Source: a virus (taxonomy: Duplodnaviria; Caudoviricetes). Taken from it: a DNA stretch of 64,000 nucleotides. The notes below the pieces were generated by a model. The model ran no database searches. It was not told the origin of the DNA and worked only from the letters and a program-made list of their open reading frames with translations. Each line of letters opens with the position of its first letter. Within the stretch, counting starts at the first letter, position 1. The position numbers and the translations under genes are program-made. Positions 1-10,727 of the stretch are shown piece after piece. The stretch lies in IMG/VR virus record IMGVR_UViG_3300009095_000011, positions 1-64,000 of that record; one strand, given 5' to 3'.

Positions 1-240
1 CACGACCTAGTAATTTATCACTTGAATATGGAGAGGAATAATAGATGTTCATTAATTATTTCCACTCTTCTTTAACGTCAAACCATGATGGCTCTCTTAG
101 GCCAGCTTTATTAGTATGATATCCATTTTGAAATCTCTTATTTCCTCTGAGATAAGCTTTAAGATGCTTTTGTTCGTGGGTTCTTTCTTCTTTAGAAGTG
201 AAATTATCTAATTTACCTCCGAAATGACGTGTTTTTGTTT

Positions 241-831
241 TTATTGATTCAACCATTGTTTGAATTGATTTACATTTATTAAGTTTAAAATTTCTTCTCT
301 ATCTACTGCTAGATGCTTGTTATAATCCCATTGTATGTTGTGAGGTCTTTCTAAGCACTTCTGATGACCTTTTGTGATAACTCCTACTCCATAGTCGCAA
401 TCGACAACAAACATGCTTAGATCGTCTCTAAATAGTCTCAGATCAGCCCATGCCTTCCAGCAGTCTCCTGTCCAACATTTCGATTCACGAGGTACTCTTT
501 GCATTAATTCACTTGTTGGATTCATATCGTGACAAATAATATAACCTCCATCAATGAGGCAATCAAGTGAATTTAATATATCTCTACTTACCTGCTCATG
601 TTCATGGAGACCATCAATAAAAATAATATCAAATTTTAGATCATTATAATAGGCAAAAAACTCATCACTTGTACAACGAAAATTTGCTTTTGAATTTTCA
701 TCAGGATCAACTCCTACTTTATATTCGATATTGATAGCATCAAAGTTTTTGCCCTCTCTGGTTCCTATTTCGAGGTAAGATTGAGCATTGATTTTTTTAG
801 CTATTGAATTAATTATTTGGGTTCTGGTCAT
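241..831 (-). CDS. Class I SAM-dependent methyltransferase (Methyltransf_24-like)
   Basis: YLEIG SAM-binding motif, FDIIFIDGLH, GGYIICHD. Confidence 0.85.
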   Translation of the reverse strand: MTRTQIINSIAKKINAQSYLEIGTREGKNFDAINIEYKVGVDPDENSKANFRCTSDEFFAYYNDLKFDIIFIDGLHEHEQVSRDILNSLDCLIDGGYIICHDMNPTSELMQRVPRESKCWTGDCWKAWADLRLFRDDLSMFVVDCDYGVGVITKGHQKCLERPHNIQWDYNKHLAVDREEILNLINVNQFKQWLNQ

Positions 832-1082
832 TTTATTATTTCATCTAAGTACAATCTAAATAAAGTTAAAGCCAATTCTTTGTTTTTAATCTGGCTTCTA
901 TAATATCCAATAGTAATTTCAAAATTTACTTCTTCGCTTACTAAAGTTACATCTGATCTACATAATCCAACTACTTGTCCACCAGAGCCTCTATTAGGAA
1001 CTCTCCATTTGATATTTTCAATTAATTGAGCTTGAACTTGTGCAATCTTTAATATCTCTTCTTTTTCTTTATTGCTCTTCAT
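828..1082 (-). CDS. Hypothetical protein
   Basis: 84-aa ORF overlapping its neighbours in an operon-like arrangement. Confidence 0.55.
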   Translation of the reverse strand: MKSNKEKEEILKIAQVQAQLIENIKWRVPNRGSGGQVVGLCRSDVTLVSEEVNFEITIGYYRSQIKNKELALTLFRLYLDEIIK

Positions 1083-1722
1083 ATCTTGTTAAATAATCCA
1101 GGTATAAATCTCTATAATAAAAAGCAAGGTAAAAATCCCACCTTAACCTATCATCCCATGTTAATAATTGTGAATGATGTATTTCGCTTTTACCTTTAGT
1201 TTTGCTCTTTGGATATAAACAAAGAGATTGAGATTTAATTGATTGCAGATTGTCTAAAAATGAATTTATCCTACTATTTTCAATTTGTAAGAATTGACAT
1301 AATTGATAACATATCTTAGGTATGTATGAATCGTTAATTAAATCTTCGTAGTAAAGATACAATTTTTTTCCGTTAAATTGATCAAAATGCTTGATTATTC
1401 CTATATAATCATCTCTTTTACCTTGATTTTGTTTCTCAAATAATTCAAAGTCATATCCACGCTTGTCTTTGTTGTGCCTTATGATGCACTCTTTATAGTT
1501 TCTTATGATAATGATTACCTTATCATTGTCAGTTATTTTTTCATCAAATGAATGAAGCTTATGTGCTATAAAATTGTTTCCTGACTTTAGAAGGGGCTTT
1601 TGAAGTTTGTCGTGTTTATTTGGTACATCTATTAATCCATTAGTTGATTGATTGCTTAGATATTCTATTATATACCTTAACCAAGTATTGCCAGAACGTG
1701 GATATGAGATGATGTAGTTCAT
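1069..1722 (-). CDS. Sulfotransferase-domain protein
   Basis: N-terminal SYPRSGNTW 5'-PSB PAPS-binding loop, IIRN 3'-PB-like motif, YEDL. Confidence 0.85.
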   Translation of the reverse strand: MNYIISYPRSGNTWLRYIIEYLSNQSTNGLIDVPNKHDKLQKPLLKSGNNFIAHKLHSFDEKITDNDKVIIIIRNYKECIIRHNKDKRGYDFELFEKQNQGKRDDYIGIIKHFDQFNGKKLYLYYEDLINDSYIPKICYQLCQFLQIENSRINSFLDNLQSIKSQSLCLYPKSKTKGKSEIHHSQLLTWDDRLRWDFYLAFYYRDLYLDYLTRYEEQ

Positions 1723-1843
1723 GTATTTAATTTAATTATCAATCCAAACGTTGGTATTGGAAAGAAATATATCCAATTCTTTTTCTTATCATAAAAAATA
1801 CCAACCCAAAAGTCATACCATGCAAATATTAACTTTATTTTCA

Positions 1844-2104
1844 TTATTCTTCTTCTTCAAGTGCTACTATTAATGCTTCCCTAATTGTTTCTTTCCAATA
1901 TTTAGCTTCTATATAAAAAGAACCAGTGTAATCTTCATCATCTGTTTGCCTAATATTTTGCATTCCATCAAATGTTACTGCCCAATATCCATTATCATCG
2001 TTTAATAGATTAGGGCAATATCCTATTTCACTAAGTGCTTGAAATGCACTATCAAAAGACATTGTGTTGTCTCTGAATTTACTGAGAATCTTTTCAACTG
2101 TCAT
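1844..2104 (-). CDS. Hypothetical protein
   Basis: 86-aa ORF in a packed minus-strand run. Confidence 0.55.
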   Translation of the reverse strand: MTVEKILSKFRDNTMSFDSAFQALSEIGYCPNLLNDDNGYWAVTFDGMQNIRQTDDEDYTGSFYIEAKYWKETIREALIVALEEEE

Positions 2105-2105
2105 A

Positions 2106-2984
2106 TTATTTTTCTATTATTTGCCAATCCCATTGTATTTGACCTTCGTTTTCTATGGCTGTAGGCATGTAATACAATCGCTTAACTACTGTATCTGATG
2201 GAAGAAAAACTGTGTCTGTTGTATGAATATATACTGTATCAACATTATTAACAATAGGACTTATGGCTTTATCTTCATTAAACACTTCTATTTTATGTAA
2301 AACAAAATATTTGCCACTTGATTGCTCATTTTCTCCTGTAACAACTATTTTTAATACATGATTGCCGTCAGATAAATTCATATTTTCATACATAATAAAC
2401 TGGTCATTCCCAAATCCAACTGAATCATATTCATCAATTTGTCCCACTTTAATTCCATCAATATAAACATCTGCTGTATTTAAATGTGAATTAAGCTCTC
2501 CCCAAATTTTAATACCATTACCGTAAAAATTTAATTTTACGCTGTCGCCTACTCCATTTGAAAATGAACACTTGCAACCGGTATAAGGAGGTAATTTAGA
2601 AAATGCGCCCGACCACCTTGAACCAGAATATTCAAGAACATCATTTTGCCAGTTATATACAGTTGTGGTATCTATATCGCCTGCAATACTTAATTTACCC
2701 CAAACAATAATTTTATTTGGTTGTTTTAGTAAATAATCTCTAAAGCAAGGCATACTTGAAAAAGTTCCAACTCCATCAATAATTATGGATTTACTTGAAT
2801 CTGATTCAATGCATGGTTCATTAATTCCTATCATTTGATAAGTAGAGTCATTAATTTTATTAAATCCTCTCATATCATCTCTTAATATGATTGACGATTT
2901 ATTGCTTATCCAAGCTCTCTCTTGTGCATTAGATTGTGCAAGAAATGTTAAAAATAGACAAATTAAAATCAATGTGTGTTTCAT
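2106..2984 (-). CDS. Secreted protein with a C-terminal beta-sandwich (carbohydrate-binding-like) domain
   Basis: Signal-peptide-like N-terminus; FYGNGIKIWG...ADVYIDG...GNHVLKIVVTG pattern. Confidence 0.55.
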   Translation of the reverse strand: MKHTLILICLFLTFLAQSNAQERAWISNKSSIILRDDMRGFNKINDSTYQMIGINEPCIESDSSKSIIIDGVGTFSSMPCFRDYLLKQPNKIIVWGKLSIAGDIDTTTVYNWQNDVLEYSGSRWSGAFSKLPPYTGCKCSFSNGVGDSVKLNFYGNGIKIWGELNSHLNTADVYIDGIKVGQIDEYDSVGFGNDQFIMYENMNLSDGNHVLKIVVTGENEQSSGKYFVLHKIEVFNEDKAISPIVNNVDTVYIHTTDTVFLPSDTVVKRLYYMPTAIENEGQIQWDWQIIEK

Positions 2985-3083
2985 AATGATAAATATTTAA
3001 GTATTTGTTCTTGATTACAAATTTTAATTATTTTTATAATTTGCAAGTTAGTAAATATTCTTTGATTTCGTTTAGAAAGTTTT

Positions 3084-3590
3084 TTAATCTTTGGTTTTTC
3101 TAAATAATTCGTTGAGGTAATATTCTTTATTTTGTTCATAATGTTGTGTGTTAATTCTATTCATTATTGATATTGGAATAAAAACTCTGTCTTTGTATAA
3201 ATGAGCATTGTAATGTTTTCTATTTAAATATATATGTCCTAATTCGTGAAATAGAGTTTGTTCTCTTTCAAACTCTGTACTTTTCCTATACCAGTCAATA
3301 TCAACTATAATTTCATTCTTTAAAAAAAATGGCCATCTTACTACTGATGTAGCCTTTCTGTATAATGTATCTTTGCCCACAATCACATAAGCTAATTTTC
3401 CAAATGAAAGTTCAACTGTTTTTTTATTTACTTTACATTTTCTTAATTCTGCCTCTTTTAAAAACCTATGCTTGTATATGTTTAATTCTTTATTTTGATG
3501 TTTATAAACATTTATAGAATCAATTAATAATATATTTACTATAACTGATAGTGTAAATAATAATAATGTCAATAAGAAAATGTGTTTCAT
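3084..3590 (-). CDS. Membrane-anchored zinc metallopeptidase-like protein
   Basis: HELGH (HExxH) plus a downstream His and SIM Met-turn-like motif; N-terminal hydrophobic helix; start reassigned to MKHIF (ATG at 3590). Confidence 0.6.
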   Translation of the reverse strand: MKHIFLLTLLLFTLSVIVNILLIDSINVYKHQNKELNIYKHRFLKEAELRKCKVNKKTVELSFGKLAYVIVGKDTLYRKATSVVRWPFFLKNEIIVDIDWYRKSTEFEREQTLFHELGHIYLNRKHYNAHLYKDRVFIPISIMNRINTQHYEQNKEYYLNELFRKTKD

Positions 3591-3603
3591 AAATTTGAAT
3601 TTT

Positions 3604-3637
3604 AAAAATGGGAGCGGGTACCGCCACACTCCCATTT
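3604..3637 (-). terminator. Rho-independent terminator-like hairpin (possibly bidirectional)
   Basis: AAAAATGGGAG...CTCCCATTTTT inverted repeat with T-tails on both strands. Confidence 0.55.
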
Positions 3638-3725
3638 TTGCCTACCTATGAAATTTTGTTAATAAGGTTTGAAAACAGCTATGATTAACAAAATACAACC
3701 ATGCCACCCGGCATGGAGGTTTCTT

Positions 3726-4445
3726 TTATATTTTTTCTCTACTTATTATATCTTTATGATAACTCCTTTTATTCACTCCTATGTAGGGATCAAAAACACT
3801 ACCACAATCCAGTAAGGTATTGTCTTGCCCGAAGTGAGTATATAATTTATCAATCCATACATTAGTTGACATTGATGCGCTAAATAGGAAAATCATTCCT
3901 CTGTGTGAAACCATAATTTTAGCACATTCATTTACTACCTGATTTGTCACAAGATAACAGTCTTTTGAAGGTATTGATATGAAAGTTCCATATTTTATTT
4001 TACTTCTTATTGCTCTGAGATATTCGGGGCCAACTATTACTATCTTTTCAGGTGTTTGATTGAGTACAGCAAATAGTTTATCTAAGTTTCCTTTGATTGA
4101 TGCTTTATGTAATATATCTGCATCGCACCATGAAATATTAAGGTCTTTTGTGAATTGTTGTATTTCTTCACCTCTTAATCTCATAGCAAGAGATTGAATG
4201 CCTAGTGTGTATTTGGGTTCATTTTTGATAATATCCCTCAATTCTTGTCCCATTTCGGGAAAATATTGGTGTCCGTCACAATTGGTATTTTTGTGAGGTT
4301 TCTTGGGGCCAAATATTGCATTCCATTCTCCATCACCATAACGAGCAAATGAAAAGGGTATTTGTTGATCTATGCAATTAAGAAATTGTTGATATGTGAA
4401 TTGAGTTTTGATCATATCTCGCGAATTAAAAATATATCTCCCCAA
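3726..4445 (-). CDS. GT-D fold (DUF1792-like) glycosyltransferase
   Basis: FARYGDGE motif and LDCGSVFD C-terminal motif; true start probably MIKTQ near 4415. Confidence 0.75.
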   Translation of the reverse strand: MGRYIFNSRDMIKTQFTYQQFLNCIDQQIPFSFARYGDGEWNAIFGPKKPHKNTNCDGHQYFPEMGQELRDIIKNEPKYTLGIQSLAMRLRGEEIQQFTKDLNISWCDADILHKASIKGNLDKLFAVLNQTPEKIVIVGPEYLRAIRSKIKYGTFISIPSKDCYLVTNQVVNECAKIMVSHRGMIFLFSASMSTNVWIDKLYTHFGQDNTLLDCGSVFDPYIGVNKRSYHKDIISREKI

Positions 4446-5044
4446 CCTTTGTTTTTGTAAAAATAAGAATCCTTTAGTTTAAATCCAAGTGGATTGAGCA
4501 AATTTAATAAATCATCTAATTGAGGAACATTTTTGTAGGTTTCTTTAATATGAGCTTCGCAATAAATATAATCGATGTGTTTTAAGCAATTTTTAAACCC
4601 TCTCAGGGCATTTAATTCTCCTCCCCGTATGTCGAGATTAATTAGGTTATATCGTTTAATGTCGAGGTCTATATGATGTTTAAACAGATGATCTAATGAA
4701 ATAGTCTCTACTTGCTCAATTGTTTGTTCCTGTAATCCTTGCCTTTGTTGTTTATTTAATCCAAGGTGATACAAAGAAGATGATTGCGTTTGATTGGTAT
4801 ATATGAAATCTACTTTCTTCCACGGCTCATCTGATATTACTGCATTAAGAATTAGATGATTATCGTTCTTAATTCTTTTTTCGAGTTGTGGGATTAGGTG
4901 CCTGTTTGCTTCTATCCATAATACATTGTCAATGCCTAATTTTTGATATATAGGATATTCCTCTCCTGTGTGCGCTCCACAATGAATTATACCTTTAATG
5001 TTAAGGTTATATTTTCGTACAAGATCGGGAAGTGATAGAAGCAT
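4412..5044 (-). CDS. FkbM-family methyltransferase
   Basis: IIHCGAHTGEE, WIEAN, LINLDIRGGELNALRG. Confidence 0.85.
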   Translation of the reverse strand: MLLSLPDLVRKYNLNIKGIIHCGAHTGEEYPIYQKLGIDNVLWIEANRHLIPQLEKRIKNDNHLILNAVISDEPWKKVDFIYTNQTQSSSLYHLGLNKQQRQGLQEQTIEQVETISLDHLFKHHIDLDIKRYNLINLDIRGGELNALRGFKNCLKHIDYIYCEAHIKETYKNVPQLDDLLNLLNPLGFKLKDSYFYKNKGWGDIFLIREI

Positions 5045-5382
5045 TATGATGCTATATATATTGCCAAACTAAAAATGACTACTACTAATCCAGCCATTAT
5101 TAAATGAATCATTAGGCGATCTTTTTCTTCTTGTTCTTTTAAATCAAAATCTTTCATTTTAATGATATTATTTTATACAATCCATAAAATACAAAAAGAA
5201 TAGCTGAATCATGTGTGTTATTTACTATGAGTTCAGTTATTACTATAACCGATATCACTATTAGAGTGAATCGTTTTGCAATAAATTTCATAATTTATCT
5301 GAATATATCAGCAACAACATAAAACCTAATACTATTGTAGCCCATAAAATCATTGCCAAATTGTCTCCTATTTCAATCTTTT

Positions 5383-6180
5383 TCATTTCATTTCCATTTT
5401 TAATTCAACATGGGTATTATTTATTCCCTTGAAGCTTATATCATCAAGATTGAATCTTTTACCTTCAAGAAATTGTTTGCATATTTCATCTTCATTAAGA
5501 TAATGATTCTCTCCAAAAGTACAATGAGAGGTATCACTTACCCTATTGATCGGTACACCTACTAAGCATTGCTCTATCACACTGAACATATTGCTGCATT
5601 GTGGTGTGAACTTCTGTAACCTGCTTTCAAGTTTATTTGGATTAATGAAGCTTATCTTGTCTATTAGCTTTGTGATGAATTTTGTATCAAATATATTTCC
5701 ATCTACAGACAAAGGATAGGCAGCACATTTAACATTAATATCTCGTGGAATTGTTATGTAGTTCTTGTGAACCATAAAGTCCTTTAAGTATTTATATCGT
5801 TTCCCTAATCGTAAACTGAACACCCTTTTGGTGTGATATATGATTTCATGAATTTGTTCTGATTTTATTCTTGGAGGTCTAAAGAATATATCATCATCTA
5901 CAAGGAAAGTTAGTAGTGGAGTATTGTAGGAGTTGATATGGTTTATTATTGATTTTGTGATCTTCTCAAATTGATTGTCAACTAAATTTTCTTCCTCAAT
6001 GAAAGTTATATGATAATATTTTGAAGCTACATAATTGTATGTAGTCTCATGGTCTTTAGTTGTAGCTTTATAGATTACATAAATGTTATTATATAATCTT
6101 GGTGCGAATCGCTCTATGGATTCAATGAGGAGTTGTAATTGTGCTGCACGATTTTTTGAAAAAATGATACAATCAATCAT
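5383..6180 (-). CDS. GT-A-fold glycosyltransferase
   Basis: IIFSKNRAAQL N-terminus and FLVDDDIF DxD motif. Confidence 0.7.
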   Translation of the reverse strand: MIDCIIFSKNRAAQLQLLIESIERFAPRLYNNIYVIYKATTKDHETTYNYVASKYYHITFIEEENLVDNQFEKITKSIINHINSYNTPLLTFLVDDDIFFRPPRIKSEQIHEIIYHTKRVFSLRLGKRYKYLKDFMVHKNYITIPRDINVKCAAYPLSVDGNIFDTKFITKLIDKISFINPNKLESRLQKFTPQCSNMFSVIEQCLVGVPINRVSDTSHCTFGENHYLNEDEICKQFLEGKRFNLDDISFKGINNTHVELKMEMK

Positions 6181-6911
6181 AATAATGTTCTACGATTTGC
6201 TAATGTTTTATTTAATTTCTGTCTTTTTATTTTTCTCTTTTGTCTTAATCTCTCTTTGTTTGGAGTATGATTGTATAACTGGAAATCACTATAGAATATT
6301 TTAGGTGTGATTGTTTTGAGTTTTATTGACCTATGTAATTTCCAAACTATGTAATTAAAGCTTAGTTGATCTCTTCTGCTTCCTCTTGCTAATTCATTCC
6401 ACCATTGTTGACAAAATGTTTCAGTGGCTGGATTATTTCTTCTTACTATTATTCCTGTTTGTACAAGGCCATAGTGCTTAGGAAAGTGTTGTTCCTTATA
6501 TCGCTGCATCTGATTTTTGATTACATTCTCGTCATCTTTTAATAGTTGAATGCAAGCTTGTGCTTCTGCATATATACAATCTCTTCCAGCATGCCATGAT
6601 AACATCATATCGTTATCATTAAATTGGTATTTGACAAGGAAATTGTCAAGGTTGGTTGTAATCTCAACACTGGCATCAACCCATATTGACATTTCATAGT
6701 GCTTTATGGATTGATGGCCAAGTATCTTGATTTGTCTTGCTAACCGTGTGTTTTCAAGATTTAGAGGATTGTCTATTTTAACAATCCTCCATGTTTTTGA
6801 GGTTAAATTTGATTGATCTGTGAAACAGATATAATCCCAATTAGGGGTTATTACTGTTGGTTCTTTTAAGTGATCGTATTTTCCTATTATTGCAGTATAA
6901 CAGACTTTCAC
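6177..6911 (-). CDS. DUF616 (TOD1/MUCI70-like) glycosyltransferase
   Basis: YTAIIGKYD, CFTD, SIWVDAS, RDCIYAEA, RDQLSFNY. Confidence 0.8.
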   Translation of the reverse strand: MKVCYTAIIGKYDHLKEPTVITPNWDYICFTDQSNLTSKTWRIVKIDNPLNLENTRLARQIKILGHQSIKHYEMSIWVDASVEITTNLDNFLVKYQFNDNDMMLSWHAGRDCIYAEAQACIQLLKDDENVIKNQMQRYKEQHFPKHYGLVQTGIIVRRNNPATETFCQQWWNELARGSRRDQLSFNYIVWKLHRSIKLKTITPKIFYSDFQLYNHTPNKERLRQKRKIKRQKLNKTLANRRTLL

Positions 6912-6925
6912 TTATACTATAAATA

Positions 6926-7225
6926 TTACAAGTAAGAATCTGTTAAGCTAATAGAGAATGAGAAATCACCCCAATCACGAACTACTGTGTCTTCCTGAGT
7001 TCTTGAATCACGGAAGGTCAATCTTAGATCATAAGTGTCTGCAAATTCTACAAACTCATCTTTGCCGTAAGGAAGTTCTCTGAATTGAATACCCGCCCTA
7101 ATTTCGGCATCTGATACTCCTCTTGTTTGATATACTTGAAATTTACCAAAGTCTGGTGAGATAGCATCTACAAAGTACTCTACATGTACCTCGCCATCTC
7201 TGTCTTCAAAAATGTAACTATTCAT
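6926..7225 (-). CDS. Hypothetical protein
   Basis: 99-aa acidic ORF downstream of a terminator and a promoter-like site. Confidence 0.55.
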   Translation of the reverse strand: MNSYIFEDRDGEVHVEYFVDAISPDFGKFQVYQTRGVSDAEIRAGIQFRELPYGKDEFVEFADTYDLRLTFRDSRTQEDTVVRDWGDFSFSISLTDSYL

Positions 7226-7309
7226 TTGATTGTTAATAATTTGTTAATTGCGCAATAAACAATGTTCTTTAAAGAATGTGTAAAGATAATAAATATTGAT
7301 TTTAATAAC

Positions 7310-7337
7310 AAAAAAAGCCTCAATTATTTTGAGGCTA
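7310..7337 (-). terminator. Rho-independent terminator
   Basis: Minus strand AGCCTC-loop-GAGGCT followed by T-run. Confidence 0.65.
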
Positions 7338-8215
7338 TCTGTTTAGAGGTTACTATGTCAAATTTGTTCATCGTGACCTTTCTTTTATGTATTCCTCTAG
7401 TTTTTCGTAAAATCTGCCTTTATCTTTCCATAGGTCGTAGATGTATTTAACATCCTCATACTTCATGTCGTAGTCTTCCGCTGTCTGTTGAATAAATGCG
7501 TTTTTCATGATTTTATATTTAAGCCATTTTAGGTTCAAGTGGTAGTTGAAATTATATATAATGTATAACCCATTCCTTAGTAAATGTATTCTGATAACCG
7601 TTTAATATTTGCCTTTTTTGTTTCTCGAGTTCACCAATCCTTTTTTGTGCGCTTTCCTTTGATTTAAATTTTTCTATAATGTGACTTGGAACTTGTTTAT
7701 TTAAATTAACCATGATTTTTTGTTAAATTATTTACAAAGACACTAATTTGTTATCTATGTACATAATGCCAAGTTTGCCTAAACGTCTATTTTCCTTTTT
7801 GAAATTCAAACAATCTTTTTTTGACTCACTCCTATAAACCTCAACCATTTTTGAGCCTGATACCCTCATTACCGCAAATATTTTAACCATTTTTTTCATT
7901 TCTAAGCGTTTTAAATTTGACATACCAAAGATACAACTTTTATATTTAATATCCAACACTTAGATCAATTATTTTGAGAAATGTTTCATGAAAAATTGCA
8001 ATTCTTCCATATCGCTTATCATAAAACATTTAAGTCTTTCATGTTGCTTAGATTGAAAATTTACCCAATCTTCAAAAGTTATAGGTCTTAGTTCAAATTT
8101 CTCATCTATAAGTATATCAATTAATTTACCATGATCTTTATTGGTGCCTCTAAGATATATTACAAGAAGACCAAGATCATCTCTATATGCTGCGAAATAG
8201 AATATTTCAACTACA

Positions 8216-9136
8216 TTAGACTTCGTATTGTTTTCCATTGAACTCTACCCTCACTTTTGATTTTCTACCCGATTTGTTTTCTACCCTCCCAGGAACAAAT
8301 TGTTTCTCTTCATCACTCCATACATAACCATCTGGAAGATATTCAAGCTGACAACGGTCATACGGATGGACATTTCCTACTACAGGTAACCATTCATTGG
8401 GTTTTCTTCCTATATTTGAACCATTTGCCTTTAGTTGGCTTAATTTATATACAATGGGTTTGCTGCCTAAACCATTGGTTAAATATAGCTTTATACACCA
8501 CTTACACGCACCTGGAAATGGGGATTTATAAACGAGTGCATCCTCACCATAATTCTTTTCAATCATAGCTGCACGACCTTCATCAAATGCCTGATGACTT
8601 ACATATTGTACAATCCTATCAAAGTCCCTACTGAAATCTCCAAGCTTCTTACTTATCTCATTGCTGATTACTCTTAATGATTTCTTTTGAGATGTGCCTG
8701 TTTCTATTTCTTGGCGAATAGTGGATTCAAAGTGTTGTCTCTGTTGTTGCGCTATTGTATCATTGACAAATTTCTCAAGGCGGTTAGATAATCCTTTTAT
8801 ATCTGACAGTGATTGAGTTTGGATAGATGTTATGACTGCTTTCTCATAAGTATTTAGGGGAATGAATTTATCACTATTGAGATATTTCTTAAATTGATTA
8901 TATGAGGTTTTATTTAGTACTGATTGAGGTATTGCCCCTGACATCATTCCTAATGCAAATGCTTGATATATGAGTGTGTCTTTGGCGTTTATTTTTATTA
9001 CATCTACTCCTGCTTGTTTTAGCATTTGTTTTTGTTCACTGGAAAGTAGATCGGGAGAGATATAATTAGCCATAAAGAAAGTTATTCTACTTTCTATGAT
9101 GTTGTTTATTTGCTGTATTTGATTAGGAGTGAACAT
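8216..9136 (-). CDS. Phage head morphogenesis protein (Mu gpF/SPP1 gp7-like)
   Basis: RDFDRIV...GR, ACKWC and HPYDRC motifs. Confidence 0.75.
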   Translation of the reverse strand: MFTPNQIQQINNIIESRITFFMANYISPDLLSSEQKQMLKQAGVDVIKINAKDTLIYQAFALGMMSGAIPQSVLNKTSYNQFKKYLNSDKFIPLNTYEKAVITSIQTQSLSDIKGLSNRLEKFVNDTIAQQQRQHFESTIRQEIETGTSQKKSLRVISNEISKKLGDFSRDFDRIVQYVSHQAFDEGRAAMIEKNYGEDALVYKSPFPGACKWCIKLYLTNGLGSKPIVYKLSQLKANGSNIGRKPNEWLPVVGNVHPYDRCQLEYLPDGYVWSDEEKQFVPGRVENKSGRKSKVRVEFNGKQYEV

Positions 9137-9183
9137 TGTATAAAGTTAACAAATATAAGTGAATATAAAAAGAAAATGGAGAC

Positions 9184-10137
9184 TTAAAAATCTCCATAAT
9201 CTACTTGAAAGCATGTTATTCCACAGTCGCGCCACATTCGTACCACTTGATCTCTATCATCGAAAACTGCTATGATATGATATTTCTTTATAATGTCTTG
9301 AAGAAATTCATGTTTAATAATACTATCTTTTCGATTATCGTTTTCTTTTCTTATATAGAAATCACTATATGAGATTGAATGTTTTCTTAACCACTGTTTT
9401 GTTTTAACTTCAGCCTTACCATCTCTTCCAGTACAAATGACAACATGAACTTTTGAGTCATTTAAATCCCTTATGTGTTCAGCAAATCTATAATTTTGAA
9501 CAAAAGTAAACATCCAATTTACAGATTCATTTAAACTATCCTCATCAACACGATCCCAATCGTAGGGGCTTCGATTATTCATTTTTGCAAGTGTGCCATC
9601 TATATCAAAAATTACAGCTTTTGGTAAACTACTATCTTGCACTACAGGAGTAAAATTTAATTTCTGTCTATCTTCAATCAACTTAATAACTTGCTTTTCT
9701 TGCTGCCATAGATCGTTGAATTGTTGAGATTGTTTATTGATTACATCTGCTCCTACAGATACTTCTCTTAATTGATCACGTTCAATGCATGTTTGAGGAT
9801 TTTCAAGAAACCATATATCTCGGAATACTACATTGCCCTCAATGTTATTTAATATTTCTTTGATGTACTTAATTGATAGATGGGTATTATCAAGAACTAC
9901 ATCCTTACCTTGCTTTAATGCTTCATTGGCCATTTTAAATACAAGAGAGGAGATGATTTTCTCTTTATCTTTATGATCATTGTAAGTGTCAAAGTATTCC
10001 TGCAATGATAATCCAAATAATGAACCTCTTAGGTCATCTCTGTTTATTCTTACTGCATTTGTCTCTTTGCAGGAATTTTTAGCCCACGTGGTTTTTCCTG
10101 ATGCACTAATCCCGATTGTAAAATATACGTTGTTCAT
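9184..10137 (-). CDS. pseT: Polynucleotide 5'-kinase/3'-phosphatase
   Basis: P-loop GISASGKTT, NRDDLR; HAD motifs DIDGTLA, TGR, FDDR. Confidence 0.92.
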   Translation of the reverse strand: MNNVYFTIGISASGKTTWAKNSCKETNAVRINRDDLRGSLFGLSLQEYFDTYNDHKDKEKIISSLVFKMANEALKQGKDVVLDNTHLSIKYIKEILNNIEGNVVFRDIWFLENPQTCIERDQLREVSVGADVINKQSQQFNDLWQQEKQVIKLIEDRQKLNFTPVVQDSSLPKAVIFDIDGTLAKMNNRSPYDWDRVDEDSLNESVNWMFTFVQNYRFAEHIRDLNDSKVHVVICTGRDGKAEVKTKQWLRKHSISYSDFYIRKENDNRKDSIIKHEFLQDIIKKYHIIAVFDDRDQVVRMWRDCGITCFQVDYGDF

Positions 10138-10727
10138 GGTATAAATAGATTTGTTGGATTGTTTTTATGGATTTCGATATCTGGATATTGTTTTTTGAAT
10201 GCCTGTAAATCAAATGGTCTTGTTATGATGTGATAGCCATTTTTAGAAGGAATTTCTGTTATGAATTTATCCCCCTCCGGTCTCAATGTATCAATATATG
10301 ATTTAAGTTCATAGCTTACATATTCCTTATCATCAATATCAATAATCCAAGTTTTATCACTTTCATTACTATACATCCCACATACGCTACTATAAGCTTT
10401 AGGGGCGTGTATGTAATCTTCATTAAGGATTTGATCAGTAATTTTTCTAAGATTCTGTAGGGCCATATTCTTAAATGATCTTCGATTTAAATTAATACCA
10501 GCACGTGCCTGAAATAACTTACACAATTCAATAATCTCTGGCTTTATAAAATCAAAATACTCTAATGATCGAATATAATAAGCTTTAATGAGCCTACTGT
10601 TATTATTGCATCCATTTACTTTACCAATAATATGATCTTTCTTTCTTTGTAGTATTTGTACAAAGTAAAAATCATCTTTTGATCTGAAATCAAGTAATCT
10701 TCTTATTTGATCGAAATTATCTATCAT
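10134..10727 (-). CDS. Archaeo-eukaryotic primase (prim-pol)-like protein
   Basis: IIDIDD and SKNGYHII motifs resembling AEP motifs I and II. Confidence 0.5.
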   Translation of the reverse strand: MIDNFDQIRRLLDFRSKDDFYFVQILQRKKDHIIGKVNGCNNNSRLIKAYYIRSLEYFDFIKPEIIELCKLFQARAGINLNRRSFKNMALQNLRKITDQILNEDYIHAPKAYSSVCGMYSNESDKTWIIDIDDKEYVSYELKSYIDTLRPEGDKFITEIPSKNGYHIITRPFDLQAFKKQYPDIEIHKNNPTNLFIP

